The position numbers were made by a program, and so were the translations under genes. 64,000 bases of DNA from an uncultured Acidimicrobiales bacterium (GTDB taxonomy: Bacteria; Actinomycetota; Acidimicrobiia; Acidimicrobiales; Ilumatobacteraceae): the NCBI GenBank assembly GCA_963728985.1, contig CAVSME010000008.1, positions 153,485 through 217,484 on the forward strand, written 5' to 3'. Below, one piece after another: positions 27,001 through 37,541 of this stretch (the first letter of the stretch is position 1; each line of letters starts with the position of its first letter). Below the pieces are notes generated by a model. That model searched no databases, was not told the origin of the DNA, and saw nothing but the letters and a program-made list of their open reading frames with translations.

Positions 27001-29599
27001 TCAGGCGCTGAGCGGCGTCTCGCCGGCCGCGGTGGCCAAGATGGCCTCGGCCTCGGCCAGCGCGCGCTCGATGGTGAGGTCGGCGGCCGAGGTCCGGGCC
27101 TCTGCGTACGCGTCGGGCCCGAGCCGGTCGGCCACGTCCGCCAGCATGGCGTCGCTCTGGGCCTGATCGTCCGGGTAGAGCAGGAGCCCGGTCGCCGCCA
27201 ACCGGGACTCGGCGAGGGCGTGGAGCCGGGCGGCCGGGGCGTCGGCGCCTTCGGTGGCGGCGATCCGGGCGGCGACGATCAGGCCGAACGTGGTGAGGTG
27301 CTCCATGCCCAGCTCGGCGGCGTAGTCGAGGGCGTCGCGCTCGGTGGGCGGCAGCGCGCGCGAAGTCGCCGTCGCGCAGCTCCTCCTCGACGAGGTTGTT
27401 GAGCGCCAGCGCGGCCAGGACGTGATCGCCGGCCCGGCGGGCCAGCGCCGACACCTCGGCGTTGATGGCGGCCACGTCGTCGTCGCCGCGGGCGCTGGCC
27501 ACGATGGCCAACCGCAGCAGGGTGTCGGCCCGATCCCCGTCGGTCGTGGCCCGGGCCACCTGCTGCTCGGCCAGCGCCCGGGCCTGGTCGAGGTCGTCGG
27601 CGGTGGCCCGGCGCAGCAGCAGCGTGACCCGGGGCGACATGATGCGCACGGGTCCCCAGCGGTCGCCGTCGCCACAGCGGTCGAGCATCGCCTCGCCCTC
27701 GTTGCAGCGGCGCCAGGCCTCGTCGACCTGGCCGGCGTCGCCGAGCAGGCTGGCCGACACGAGCAGCAGCCGGGCAACGGCCGCCGACGGCCTGGTGATC
27801 CGCGCCAGCACGGCGTCGATCTCGTCGCAACCGAGCCGGGGCTGGCCCGCTACCGCGCGGGGCTCGGCCCGCAGCCGGGCCAGCGCCGGCACGACGTCGG
27901 TCGTGGGGTCGAGCCCGTCGATGAGGGCGCTGAGCGTGTCGAGCTCGGCCACCAGGCTGTTGAGCCACGCCCGGTTCCCTCGCTGCGCCAGCGGGAAGCG
28001 GTCGAGGTAGAAGTCGGCGATGCGGGCAGCGGTGGTGGCGGTCTGCCCGGCGGCCGCCAGGTGGAGGCCGGCGTAGGCCCGCACCGTCTCCAGCATCCGG
28101 TACCGGGTGGCGTTGGCCGCCGGTTCCACCGTCACCAGCGACTTGTCGGCCAGCGACCACACCAGCTCGGGCACGTCGTACGCCTCGACCGTCCCGCCGG
28201 TGACGGCGGCGGTGGCGGCGTCGAGGGCGAACGTCCCGACGAAGCACGACAGCCGCTCGAATGCCGCCCGCTCCGGCGCCGTGAGGAGGTCGTAGCTCCA
28301 GTCGAGCAGCGCCGTCATCGTCCGCTGGCGCTCGGGGGCGGTGCGATCGCCGCTACGCAGGAGGCGGAACCGCTCGTCCAGCCCGTCGAGGATCTCGGCC
28401 GCCGACAGCACCGCGCCCCGGGAGGCGGCCAGCTCGATGGCCAGCGGGGTCCCGTCGAGGCGCTGGCAGATGCGAGTGGCGATGGCACGGTCGACGTCGG
28501 GCGTCCCCCCGGCGGCGACGAACCGATCCACGAACAGCGTCACGGCGTCGGCGGCGACGGACAGCGGCGGCAGCCGCCGGACCCACTCGCCGGAGACGCC
28601 GAGCGGTTCGCGGCTCGTGGCCAGCACCGCCAGCGACGGACAGCGATTTAGGAGGGCGGCGACCAGGGCGGCGCTGGCCTCCACGACCTGCTCGCAGTTG
28701 TCGAGGATGAGGAGGAGCTCCTTGCCCGTCAGGTGGGCGACGACGTCGTCGAGGCAGTCGGCACCGGTGGCGGCGATGCCGAGGGTGGCGGCCACCGTCG
28801 GGACGACGCGTGCGGCGTCGGTGATGCTCGACAGGTCCACCATCCACACGCCCGCCGGCCACGCCGGCGCTACCCGCAGCCCGATCTCCGTGGCCAGCCG
28901 GGTCTTGCCCATGCCGCCGGCGCCGGCGATGGTGACGGCGCGCTGCGCCGCCAGCCGGGCGGCGACGTCGGCCGTTTCGATCTCGCGCCCGACGAAGGAC
29001 GTGCGGGCGGCGACGATGTTGTGCTGGTCGGCGGGCACCGCCCGCACGGCGGGGAAGTCGGCGGGATCGCCCCGGCGGGCGACCTGGTGGAGGGCGACCG
29101 GGTGGTCGAAGTCGCGCAGCCGGTAGTGACCGAGGTCGCGCAGCACGACGGTGGTGGCCTGGAGGCGGTCGCGGTCGGCGGCGGCGACGGCCTGCTCGGA
29201 CGCCACGATCTGGCCACCGTGGGCGGCGTCGACGACGCGGGCGGCCTGATGCATGGCCAGGGCGATGTAGTCGTCGTCATGGGGGAAGGCGATGCCGGTG
29301 TGCGCGCCCATCCTCACTTTGGGTGGTCCATCTGTGGGCCACGCCGCCGCGGCCAGCGCCTCCTGGCCGGCGACGCAGGCGGCCAGCGCGTCGGTGCTCG
29401 ACGCGAACGCGACGAAGCACGCGTCAGCCACCACCTTGATCTCCGTACCATCGTGGGCCGCCCACGCCGTCCGCAGCACGGCACGGTGCTGTTCGAGCAC
29501 CGCGGGATACCCCTCGCCCAACTGGCGGAGCAGGCGCGTCGAACCCTCGATGTCGGTGAAGACGAAGGTGACCGACCCACGCGGGAGCGCGTCCGTCAC
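27001..29599 (-). pseudogene. adenylate/guanylate-cyclase-domain + AAA ATPase + TPR-like regulator with a frame disruption near the C-terminus
   Basis: VTFVFTDIEGSTRL (cyclase domain), GAGGMGKTRLA (P-loop), and LLILDNCEQV. After ...LRDGDFARAAAH the frame becomes R/P junk, while the protein-like tail (ERDALDYAAELGMEHLTTFGLIVAARIAA...ILATAAGETPLSA) lies in another frame ending at 27001. The shift is at about 27345-27362, in a GCGCGCGC tract. Confidence 0.8.
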
Positions 29600-29648
29600 G
29601 TCAATAGTCTCTCACGGGTCCACACCCGGCTCGGCCAGATCGGAGAAG

Positions 29649-31692
29649 ATGCGGGCCACAGTGACGACCGCCACGACGCTCGACCGACCGGCACCCGCGG
29701 GGCCGAGCCGGGCCTCGTCGCGCCCGTCCATGGGCTACCGGCCCGCGCTCGACGGGCTGCGCGCCGTCGCCGTGGTCGCGGTGGTGCTCTTCCACTTCGA
29801 GTTCGCCTGGATCCCCGGCGGGTTCCTCGGCGTCGACATCTTCTTCGTGGTGAGTGGCTACCTCATCACCTCCCTGATGATCGAGGAATGGGGCCGCTCG
29901 GGCACCGTCGATCGCCGCCAGTTCTGGCTGCGACGGGGCCGGCGCCTGCTGCCCGCCCTCTACCTCATGCTCGTCGTGGTGTGCGCGTGGGCGGTGCTCT
30001 TCGTGCCCGACGCCCTCGATCGCCTCCGCAGCGACGTCATCGCCGCCCTGCTGTACGTGACCAACTGGTGGTACATCGTCGACGGCCAGAGCTACTTCGA
30101 CTCCCTCGGCCGGCCACCGGTCCTGCAGCACCTGTGGTCGCTGGCCATCGAGGAACAGTGGTACCTCATCTGGCCCTTCGCCTTCGCCTTCGCCATGCGC
30201 CGCACGGCCGGGGCGGTGCACCGCCTGGTCGTCCCCCTCCTCGCCGTTGCCGCCGCCTCCGCGGTGTGGATGGCCATCTTGTTCAACGCCACCGGCGACG
30301 TGAGCCGCGTCTACTACGGCACCGACACCCACCTGTCGGGCCTGCTGATCGGCGCGGCGGCGGCGATGTGCTGGCGGCCGTGGCGGTCCCGGACGGCCGG
30401 GCAGCGCCACCTCGTGGCCCTCGACGCGGCCGGCGCCGTGGCCCTCGCCGCCCTCGTGCTCACGATGCTGCGGTGGGGGTCGGACACCACCTTCCTGTAC
30501 CAGGGCGGCTTCGTCGTCGTCGGCCTGCTGACGATCGTGGTGGTAGCGGCCGCCGTCCACCCGGGCGCCCGGCTGCTGGGCGGCGCGCTCGTCGACACCC
30601 CTGCTGCGCTGGATCGGGCAGCGGTCCTACGCCATCTACCTGTGGCACTGGCCCGTGGTCGTGCTGCTTCCTGAGCGCGACGTCGGCTGGCCCCGGCCGG
30701 CCATGGTGCTGTTGTGGACGGGGCTCACCGTCGGGCTGGCCGAGTTGAGCTACCGCTTCGTGGAGACGCCCATCCGTCACGGCGCCCTCACCCGCTGGTA
30801 CCACCGGCTGCGCACCGCGGAGGGACAGGACCGGTCGGTGCTCTGGAGTCGGGCTCAGGTCGGCGGCCTGGCCCTGGTGTTCGTGATCGGCGGCCTTGGC
30901 GTGCGCCTGGCCAACGCCGAGAAGGTGGACATCACCCTCGGCGGGGCCGAGCAGCAGCTCAGCCTCCCGACGACGCCGCCGTCGATCGTCGCTGCCGGTC
31001 CCGTGTCCACCGCCAGCACCCTGCCCGCCACCCTCCCCCGCCGGGTCGCCGTCGTGGGCGACTCGCAGGCCACCGCGCTGGTGCGCAACGCCCCCACCGG
31101 CCTCGGCCAGTACCTGAAGGTGTCCAACGGGGCCGTCGAAGGCTGCGGCCTGGTCGACTCGGGCAGCATCGTCACCGGCGCCCGCTTCCGGCGCGACTTC
31201 GACAACTGCCGCGGCTGGGAGCAGAAGTGGGCCAAGTCGGCGACGGGCAACGACATCACGCTCGTGGTGATCGGGGCGTGGGACGTCTTCGACGTGCGCC
31301 GCGACGGCGCTCGCGTCGCCTTCGGCTCGCCGCAGGACGACCAGTACCTGGCGAGTCAGCTGCAGCGGGGCATCGACGCGGTGACGGCGACCGGCAGCAA
31401 GATGGCCCTGCTCGAGGTGCCGTGCTACCGCAACGTCGACGGCGGCGGCCTCGTGGCGCTGCCGGAGCGGAGCAACGATCAGCGCACGGGCCATCTCAAC
31501 GACCTGCTGCGGGCAGCGGCGGCCCGCGATCCTGGCCATGTCGTGTTCGTTGAAGGACCGAAGCAATGGTGCTCGGATCCCTCGATCGCCGCGGATCTCG
31601 GCTACCGCTGGGATGGCGTGCACTACTACCGGCCTGGCGCCAAGCTGGTGTTCGACACCATCACGCCGGCATTGCTCCAGATTCCGTTGTGA
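29649..31692 (+). pseudogene. OafA-type acyltransferase (acyltransferase_3 membrane domain + SGNH domain) with a one-base frame disruption
   Basis: RPALDGLRAVAVVAVVLFH...GVDIFFVVSGYLIT...HLWSLAIEEQWY. At the C4 run 30598-30601 the frame shifts to LLRWIGQRSYAIYLWHWPVVVLL...VAVVGDSQA (SGNH). The start is uncertain (29649 or 29730). Confidence 0.8.
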
Positions 31693-31701
31693 CCCGACGC
31701 A

Positions 31702-31914
31702 CTACGCGGCGACGAGCGGTTGGGGCGCGAGGGGCCGGGTCGGCAGAGCGAACATCGGCGGCTCGGCGCCAAGGGCCACGAGTGCCTCCCGCTCGTCTTC
31801 GAAGATGTGCGGGTTGACCTCGTACAGCCGGTGCGCACGTGCTTGGAGCTGACGAAGTTCGTCGGCCTCCAGGCGCTGCCCGGTGATGGCGTTGGTCCAC
31901 ATGCTGAGAGCCAT
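31702..31914 (-). CDS. hypothetical small protein
   Basis: 70-aa ORF with a strong AAGGAGGAAGA Shine-Dalgarno sequence just upstream of ATG 31914. Confidence 0.5.
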   Translation of the reverse strand: MALSMWTNAITGQRLEADELRQLQARAHRLYEVNPHIFEDEREALVALGAEPPMFALPTRPLAPQPLVAA

Positions 31915-32045
31915 GACTCTTCCTCCTTTCTTCTCATCAGGAGTGCGGGTGTCGTCTCTCGATACGTCACATCGGTCACGCCCGGTTCACGGGGACGCCC
32001 CGCCCGACTCGTCGGTGCCGTCGCCGACCGATCTACGCTGGCCCG

Positions 32046-32429
32046 ATGACCCGCCTCGTCGCTCCGCTGGTACTCGCAGCGCTGCTCCTCGTGGCCTGCG
32101 GACAGGACAACGATGACAGCGCGTTGGTGTACCGGGCCGGCGAGTCAGTGGCGGTCGGCGTCGGTCAACACTTCTCCGTCGAGCTCGACAGCAACCCGAC
32201 GACGGGCTACTCGTGGCAGCTCTCGGCGCCGCCCGGCGCGCAGGTGACCCTCGTCGACGAGGACTACACGCCGGCCGGCCCCCAGACGGCCGGCAGCGGC
32301 GGGGTCCAGCGGTTCACGTTCGAGGCTGCCGCCACGGGGACCACGAGCCTGGCCTTCGCCTACGTGCGCCCGTGGGAGACAGGCGTGGCGCCTGCACAGA
32401 CCGCCACGTTCCCCGTCAAGGTGAGCTGA
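32046..32429 (+). CDS. lipoprotein, chagasin-family (I42) cysteine-peptidase inhibitor
   Basis: Lipobox LLLVAC in the signal peptide. Hallmark NPTTGYSW motif plus GTTSLAFAYVRPWE. Confidence 0.85.
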   Translation: MTRLVAPLVLAALLLVACGQDNDDSALVYRAGESVAVGVGQHFSVELDSNPTTGYSWQLSAPPGAQVTLVDEDYTPAGPQTAGSGGVQRFTFEAAATGTTSLAFAYVRPWETGVAPAQTATFPVKVS

Positions 32430-32431
32430 CA

Positions 32432-34333
32432 GTGGCGGCGACGAGCCCGTTCCCGCCGATCGCGGAGTACGCGTTCCTCTCCGACTGCACGACCGGTGCG
32501 CTCGTCGCTCCCAACGGCAACGTCGAGTGGCTGTGCCTGCCCCGCTTCGACTCCCCCAGCGTGTTCGGCGCGCTCCTCGACCGCGGGGCCGGGTTCTTCC
32601 GGCTGGCGCCCGACGGCGTCAACGTGCCCGTCTCGCGGCGCTACCTGCCCGGCACGATGGTGCTGGAGACGAGCTGGGGCACTCGAACCGGATGGGTGAT
32701 CGTGCGCGACGCCCTCCTCATCGGCCCGTGGCACCGGATGTCGTCGCGCTCGAAGAACTACCGCCGCACGCCGACCGACTACGACGCCGAGCACGTGCTC
32801 ACCCGCACCGTGCGGTGCGTGAACGGCGAAGTGCAGCTGAACCTCGACTGCGAGCCGGCGTTCGACTACGGGCGCGCCCGCGGCGAGTGGTCCTACACGG
32901 GCGACGGCTACACGCAGGGCGTCTGCCGGGCGCCCGGCTGTCCGGTCGAGCTGACCCTGACAGCATCGAGCAACCTCGGCTTCGAGGGCCCGCGCGCCTT
33001 GGCCCGCACGCTGGTGAAGGAGGGGGACACGCTCTTCTTCGCACTGTCGTGGAGCGAGCTCGCCCCGCCGGCCGACTACGACGAGGCCTACCGGCGGATG
33101 GTGTGGACGGCCCACCATTGGCAGCACTGGCTCGACCATGGCGAGTTCCCCGACCACCCCTGGCGCACCCACCTCCAGCGCAGCGCCCTCACGCTGAAGG
33201 GCCTCACCTATGCACCGACAGGGGCGATGGTGGCCGCCGCCACCACCTCACTCCCCGAGACCCCGGGCGGTGAGCGCAACTGGGACTACCGCTACACGTG
33301 GATCAGAGACTCCACGTTCATGCTGTGGGGGCTCTACACACTCGGCTTCGACTGGGAGGCCAACGACTTCTTCTTCTTCATCGCCGACTGCGCCGAGGCG
33401 GAGATGGGCCGCCTCCAGATCATGTACGGGATCGGTGGTGAGGCCGAACTGCTGGAGTCGACGCTCGATCACCTCTCGGGCTACGAGAACGCCCGGCCCG
33501 TGCGCGTCGGCAACGGCGCCTACTGCCAGGACCAGCACGACGTCTGGGGCGCCGTCCTCGATTCGTTCTATCTCCACACGCGCTCGCGCGATCACCTGCC
33601 CGAGCGCATCTGGCCATTGCTCGTGAAGCAGGTCGAGGACGCCATCACCAACTGGAGCCAGCCCGACCGTGGCATCTGGGAGGTACGGGGCGAGCCCCAG
33701 CACTTCACGTCGTCGAAGATGATGTGCTGGGTGGCGTGCGATCGGGGCGTCCGGCTGGCGGAGATGAAAGAGGAGTTCGAGACGGCCAAGCGGTGGCAGA
33801 AGGTGGCCGACGAGATCCACGCCGACGTCTGCGCCCACGCCGTCGACGATCGAGGCGTCTTCACGCAGCACTACGGCACCAGCGCCCTCGACGCATCAGT
33901 CCTCCTGATGCCGCTCGTGCGGTTCCTGCCGCCCGACGACGAGCGGGTCGTCAAGACCGTCCTGGCCATCGCCGACGAACTCACCCTCGACGGCCTGGTC
34001 CTGCGCTACCGCGTGGATGAGACCGACGACGGGCTGCACGGCCACGAGGGCACGTTCACGATCTGCTCGTTCTGGCTCGTGGCCGCGCTGGTGGAGATCG
34101 GCGAGATCGACCGGGCGCGCGCACTGTGCGAGCGTCTGCTCTCTCACGCCAGCCCCCTCGGGCTCTACGCCGAGGAGATCGACGCTCGCAGCGGTCGGCA
34201 CCTCGGCAATTTCCCGCAGGCGTTCACCCACCTCGCACTGATAAACGCCGTGATGCACGTCATCCGCGCCGAGGAGACGGAGGGCGACGGCTACGAGCGC
34301 ACGGGCGACTTCCGCCGTGGGCGCGCCAGCTGA
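32432..34333 (+). CDS. glycoside hydrolase family 15 (glucoamylase/trehalase-like)
   Basis: GTG 32432. IAEYAFLSDCTTGALVAPNGNVEWLCLPRFDSPSVF...ERNWDYRYTWIRDS...FTICSFWLV...GNFPQAFTHLALINA. Confidence 0.9.
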   Translation: MAATSPFPPIAEYAFLSDCTTGALVAPNGNVEWLCLPRFDSPSVFGALLDRGAGFFRLAPDGVNVPVSRRYLPGTMVLETSWGTRTGWVIVRDALLIGPWHRMSSRSKNYRRTPTDYDAEHVLTRTVRCVNGEVQLNLDCEPAFDYGRARGEWSYTGDGYTQGVCRAPGCPVELTLTASSNLGFEGPRALARTLVKEGDTLFFALSWSELAPPADYDEAYRRMVWTAHHWQHWLDHGEFPDHPWRTHLQRSALTLKGLTYAPTGAMVAAATTSLPETPGGERNWDYRYTWIRDSTFMLWGLYTLGFDWEANDFFFFIADCAEAEMGRLQIMYGIGGEAELLESTLDHLSGYENARPVRVGNGAYCQDQHDVWGAVLDSFYLHTRSRDHLPERIWPLLVKQVEDAITNWSQPDRGIWEVRGEPQHFTSSKMMCWVACDRGVRLAEMKEEFETAKRWQKVADEIHADVCAHAVDDRGVFTQHYGTSALDASVLLMPLVRFLPPDDERVVKTVLAIADELTLDGLVLRYRVDETDDGLHGHEGTFTICSFWLVAALVEIGEIDRARALCERLLSHASPLGLYAEEIDARSGRHLGNFPQAFTHLALINAVMHVIRAEETEGDGYERTGDFRRGRAS

Positions 34334-34385
34334 TTTTCGTTCGGCCAGCGTATGGAACGGACACCGTCCTGGGAATAGCGGGCGC

Positions 34386-34799
34386 ATGGCAGCGAAGCGA
34401 TCATCGGGCGGCATGACGAAGGCGCACAAGGAGGCGCTGGCGACAGGGCGGAACGAAAGCCGGATCGTCCGGCGCTACTTGGAGGCGTTGGCGGCGTCGA
34501 AACCAAAGCGGGGCCGGCGGCGGACGATCAGTTCGGTGGAGAAGCGCCTGGCCGTGGTCGAAGAAGCAATCGAGTCGGCGGACCGCATCACCATGCTGAA
34601 GCTCTCCCAAGAGCGCCTCGACCTCATCAACGAGCTCGAGTCGATGGCGGTCGACGACGGCATGAAGGAGCTGGAAGAGGATTTCGTGGGCATCGCCGCG
34701 CAATACGGCAGCCGCCAGGGCATCTCCTATGCGGCATGGAGGGAAGTCGGCGTCCAGCCCGACGTCCTCCGGAGGGCCGGCATTACGCGCTCTGCGTGA
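34386..34799 (+). CDS. conserved hypothetical protein
   Basis: ATG 34386 gives MAAKRSSGGMTKAHKEALATGR...RRYLEAL...GISYAAWREVGV. Basic, helical and protein-like. Confidence 0.6.
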   Translation: MAAKRSSGGMTKAHKEALATGRNESRIVRRYLEALAASKPKRGRRRTISSVEKRLAVVEEAIESADRITMLKLSQERLDLINELESMAVDDGMKELEEDFVGIAAQYGSRQGISYAAWREVGVQPDVLRRAGITRSA

Positions 34800-34809
34800 T
34801 ATCGGCGCC

Positions 34810-34857
34810 GGGGCAGGTGCTGGCGGGATTGACCGAGAGGGCGAGCGGAGAGGTGCC
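34810..34857 (+). repeat. family-2 repeat, degenerate partial copy
   Basis: GGGGCAGGTGCTGGCGGGATTGACCGAGAGGGCGAGCGGAGAGGTGCC aligns to GGGGCAGGTGGCCGAGGGATTGTCCGAGCGCAGCGAG...AGAGGCGAGTGCC of the 77-bp unit. Confidence 0.55.
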
Positions 34858-34893
34858 CGCGATCGGCGCTGACGGGGCCGGTGGCCACGATCC

Positions 34894-34985
34894 GTGAGCG
34901 ACGTTGGGTGCCGATTCGGTCATGGGTGCCGATCGGCCCGCCAGGCGAGGCAATCGGCACCCAAACGCCGATCGGAACAGGATCC
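34894..34985 (-). repeat. family-1 structured repeat, copy C (inverted)
   Basis: The reverse complement equals copy B over about 90 bp, except GGGATCC versus GGAATCC at one end. Confidence 0.9.
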
Positions 34986-35632
34986 CGCGCCCCGAGCGGG
35001 CCCGCCTGGCCGAGGCCGCCGACGACCGCGAGGCGCGAGCAGTGGTGGTCACCGGGTCGGGACGGTCCTTCTGCCCCGGCGCCGACCTCGGCCACCAAGC
35101 CGAGCCCGGTGACGAGCCGCTCCCCAACACCAAGATCCCCACGACGTTCCCGCTCGGCATCGACAAGCCCCTCATCGCCGCCATCAACGGCGGGTGCGCC
35201 GGCGTCGGCCTCGTCCAGGCCCTCCAGTGCGACGTGCGCTTCGCTGCCACGCAGGCCAAGTTCACGACCGCCTTCGCCCGCCGCGGCCTCGTCGCCGAGT
35301 ACGGCATCGCGTGGTTGCTGCCCCGCATCGTCGGCCAGACAGCGGCGACGGACCTGCTCCTGTCGGGCCGGGTGTTCGACGCCGCCGAAGCCCTACGCAT
35401 CGGGCTGGTGAGCGCCGTCGTCGATCGCGACGACGTGCTCGATACCGCCATGGCCCTACGCCAAGGACGTCGCCACCAACGTGTCGCCGGCATCGATGGC
35501 CACCATCAAGGAGCAGTTGCGACGCAGGGCCCCGACGTCCGCGAGGGCGTCGACGCATTCTTGGAAGGCCGGCCCCCGGCCTTCCTCCCCCTCGGTGAGG
35601 GCACCACCTACCCCTGGATGAAGAGGAACTAG
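34986..35632 (+). pseudogene. enoyl-CoA hydratase/isomerase (crotonase) remnant
   Basis: Recognisable from ...DDREARAVVVTGSGRSFCPGADL and IAAINGGCAGVGL. The N-terminal ~40 aa are replaced by the repeat. There is an extra base at 35452-35456 (..DTAMA / YAKDVATNVSPASMATIKEQLRR). The segment before DVREGVDAFLEGRPPAF is missing. Confidence 0.65.
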
Positions 35633-36483
35633 CGAGCCAGCAGTTCGCGCACCTGCCCGCTCGTCGCCACCTCGCCGCCCAGCGCCTGTACCAGCTCCAC
35701 GGCGCCGGTCACGAGGTCCTCGTTGCGGGCGGGCTCGGTGCCGCGATGGTCCTCCAGCCCGACGCGCACATGGCCGCCGGCCTCGATGGCGGCCTGGGCC
35801 ATCCCGCACGCCACCACGTCGCCGCCGATCACGCCCACCATCCACGGCCGGCCGGTGCCATCGAGCATGGCGAGGTAAGCCGCCAGCGACGTCGGCGTCG
35901 GGGGCAATCCGAACGGCGCGGCGGCACCGAAGTAGAGCTGGATCTTGACCCGGTCGGGCAACGTACCCGCCTCGAGCCGTCGGAGCGCGGCGCGCAGGAA
36001 ACCCGGTTCGAACACCGACAGGTGGATGGGCCGATCGCGCTGACGACACCACTCGAACATGTAGTCGGCGTCGGCGATCGTGTTGCCGTAGACGAACGAG
36101 CCGATGGCCACGATGCCCGGATCGACGGAGGCCATCGGCAGGAGTCCGGCGCCGTGGAGAGCGTCGAGATGGGAGTAGCGCTCCTCGATCGGCGCGTCGG
36201 GCGACATGCCCCGCACCGTCGGGTGGAGCACGGCGTCGGGTCGCTGCTCCAGGATCGCCGTCCACGCCTCGGCGTACGGTGCGGGATCGTGCCGGGCCGG
36301 GCCGCCCACGTTGGGCTCGTCGTTGTGGTTGTGCACGATGGCGGCGCCGCGGTCGAGGCACTCGAGCCCGCACGCCGTGATCTCCGCCGGCGTCCGCGGG
36401 ACGTGCGGGTTCGAGCGCTTCTGGGTGTTGCCGTTGATGGCGGCTTCGATGATCACGGGCGGTCGTCCAGGCATCGCCGCCAT
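35629..36483 (-). CDS. 3-keto-5-aminohexanoate cleavage enzyme family (BKACE/DUF849)
   Basis: PVIIEAAINGN...AAIVHNHNDEP...HVRVGLED are family signatures. Start is ATG 36483 (or 36474). Confidence 0.85.
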   Translation of the reverse strand: MAAMPGRPPVIIEAAINGNTQKRSNPHVPRTPAEITACGLECLDRGAAIVHNHNDEPNVGGPARHDPAPYAEAWTAILEQRPDAVLHPTVRGMSPDAPIEERYSHLDALHGAGLLPMASVDPGIVAIGSFVYGNTIADADYMFEWCRQRDRPIHLSVFEPGFLRAALRRLEAGTLPDRVKIQLYFGAAAPFGLPPTPTSLAAYLAMLDGTGRPWMVGVIGGDVVACGMAQAAIEAGGHVRVGLEDHRGTEPARNEDLVTGAVELVQALGGEVATSGQVRELLAR

Positions 36484-36520
36484 GATGGTCCGCTGGCCCG
36501 CCACTTGTAAGGTCCGCGCC

Positions 36521-37504
36521 ATGAGAGCCGTGCTGTGCAAGGCCTACGGGCCGCCCGAATCGCTCGTCGTCGAGGAGATCGACGAGCCCACGGCGGGCCC
36601 CGGTCAGATCGTGGTCGACGTCAAGGCGTGCGCCATCAACTTCCCCGACGTCTTGATGATCCAGGACCTCTACCAGTTCAAGCCGCCGCTGCCCTTCAGC
36701 CCCGGCGGCGAGATCGCCGGCATGGTCAGCGCGATCGGAGATGGCGTCGACGGGTTCACGGTCGGCCAGGAGGTGTTCGGCTCGGTGGGTTCGGGGGGCC
36801 TGCGCGAGCAGGTGGCGCTCAAGGCCTCCGGCGCCATTCCCGTGCCCCGGGGACTGAGCCTCCCGCAGGCCGCCTCGGTGCTGAGCGCCTACGGCACGTC
36901 GTGGCACGCCCTGAGGGACCGAGCCAACCTCCAACCGGGTGAGACGCTCGTCGTGCTAGGCGCCGCCGGCGGGGTCGGCCTGGCCGCCGTCGAGCTCGGC
37001 GCCATGATGGGCGCCACCGTCATCGCCGCGGCCTCGACGGACAAGAAGCTGGCGGTGTGCCTCGACCACGGCGCCTCGTTCGGCATCAACTACGAGACCG
37101 AGGACCTCAAGGTGCGGATCCGTGAGCTGACCGACGGCAAGGGCGCGGACGTCGTCTACGACCCGGTCGGCGGGCCCTACGCGGAGCCCGCCCTGCGCTC
37201 GACGGCGTGGGAGGGCCGGTTCCTCGTGATCGGGTTCACCGCCGGCATCCCGAAGCTCCCCCTCAACCTGCCGCTGCTGAAGGCGTGCTCGGTGGTCGGG
37301 GTGTTCTACGGCGCGTGGGCGGCGCGCGAGCCCGAGCGCAACCGGCGCAACCTCGAAGAGCTCGTCGAGTTCATCGAGGCCGGCAAGATCAAGCCCCACG
37401 TCTCCGCCACGTACCCGTTGGAGCGGGCGTCGGAGGCCATCCGCGAGCTGGCCGACCGGCGCGCCGAGGGCAAGGTCGTGGTGGTCATGGACGGCACCGA
37501 ATAA
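36521..37504 (+). CDS. NADPH:quinone oxidoreductase (MDR/zeta-crystallin family)
   Basis: MRAVLCKAYGPPESL...PFSPGGEIAGMV...VLGAAGGVGLAAVELG. Confidence 0.9.
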   Translation: MRAVLCKAYGPPESLVVEEIDEPTAGPGQIVVDVKACAINFPDVLMIQDLYQFKPPLPFSPGGEIAGMVSAIGDGVDGFTVGQEVFGSVGSGGLREQVALKASGAIPVPRGLSLPQAASVLSAYGTSWHALRDRANLQPGETLVVLGAAGGVGLAAVELGAMMGATVIAAASTDKKLAVCLDHGASFGINYETEDLKVRIRELTDGKGADVVYDPVGGPYAEPALRSTAWEGRFLVIGFTAGIPKLPLNLPLLKACSVVGVFYGAWAAREPERNRRNLEELVEFIEAGKIKPHVSATYPLERASEAIRELADRRAEGKVVVVMDGTE

Positions 37505-37541
37505 AGCGACCTGACGCACTGTCAGCTAGTTTTTCCAGGGC

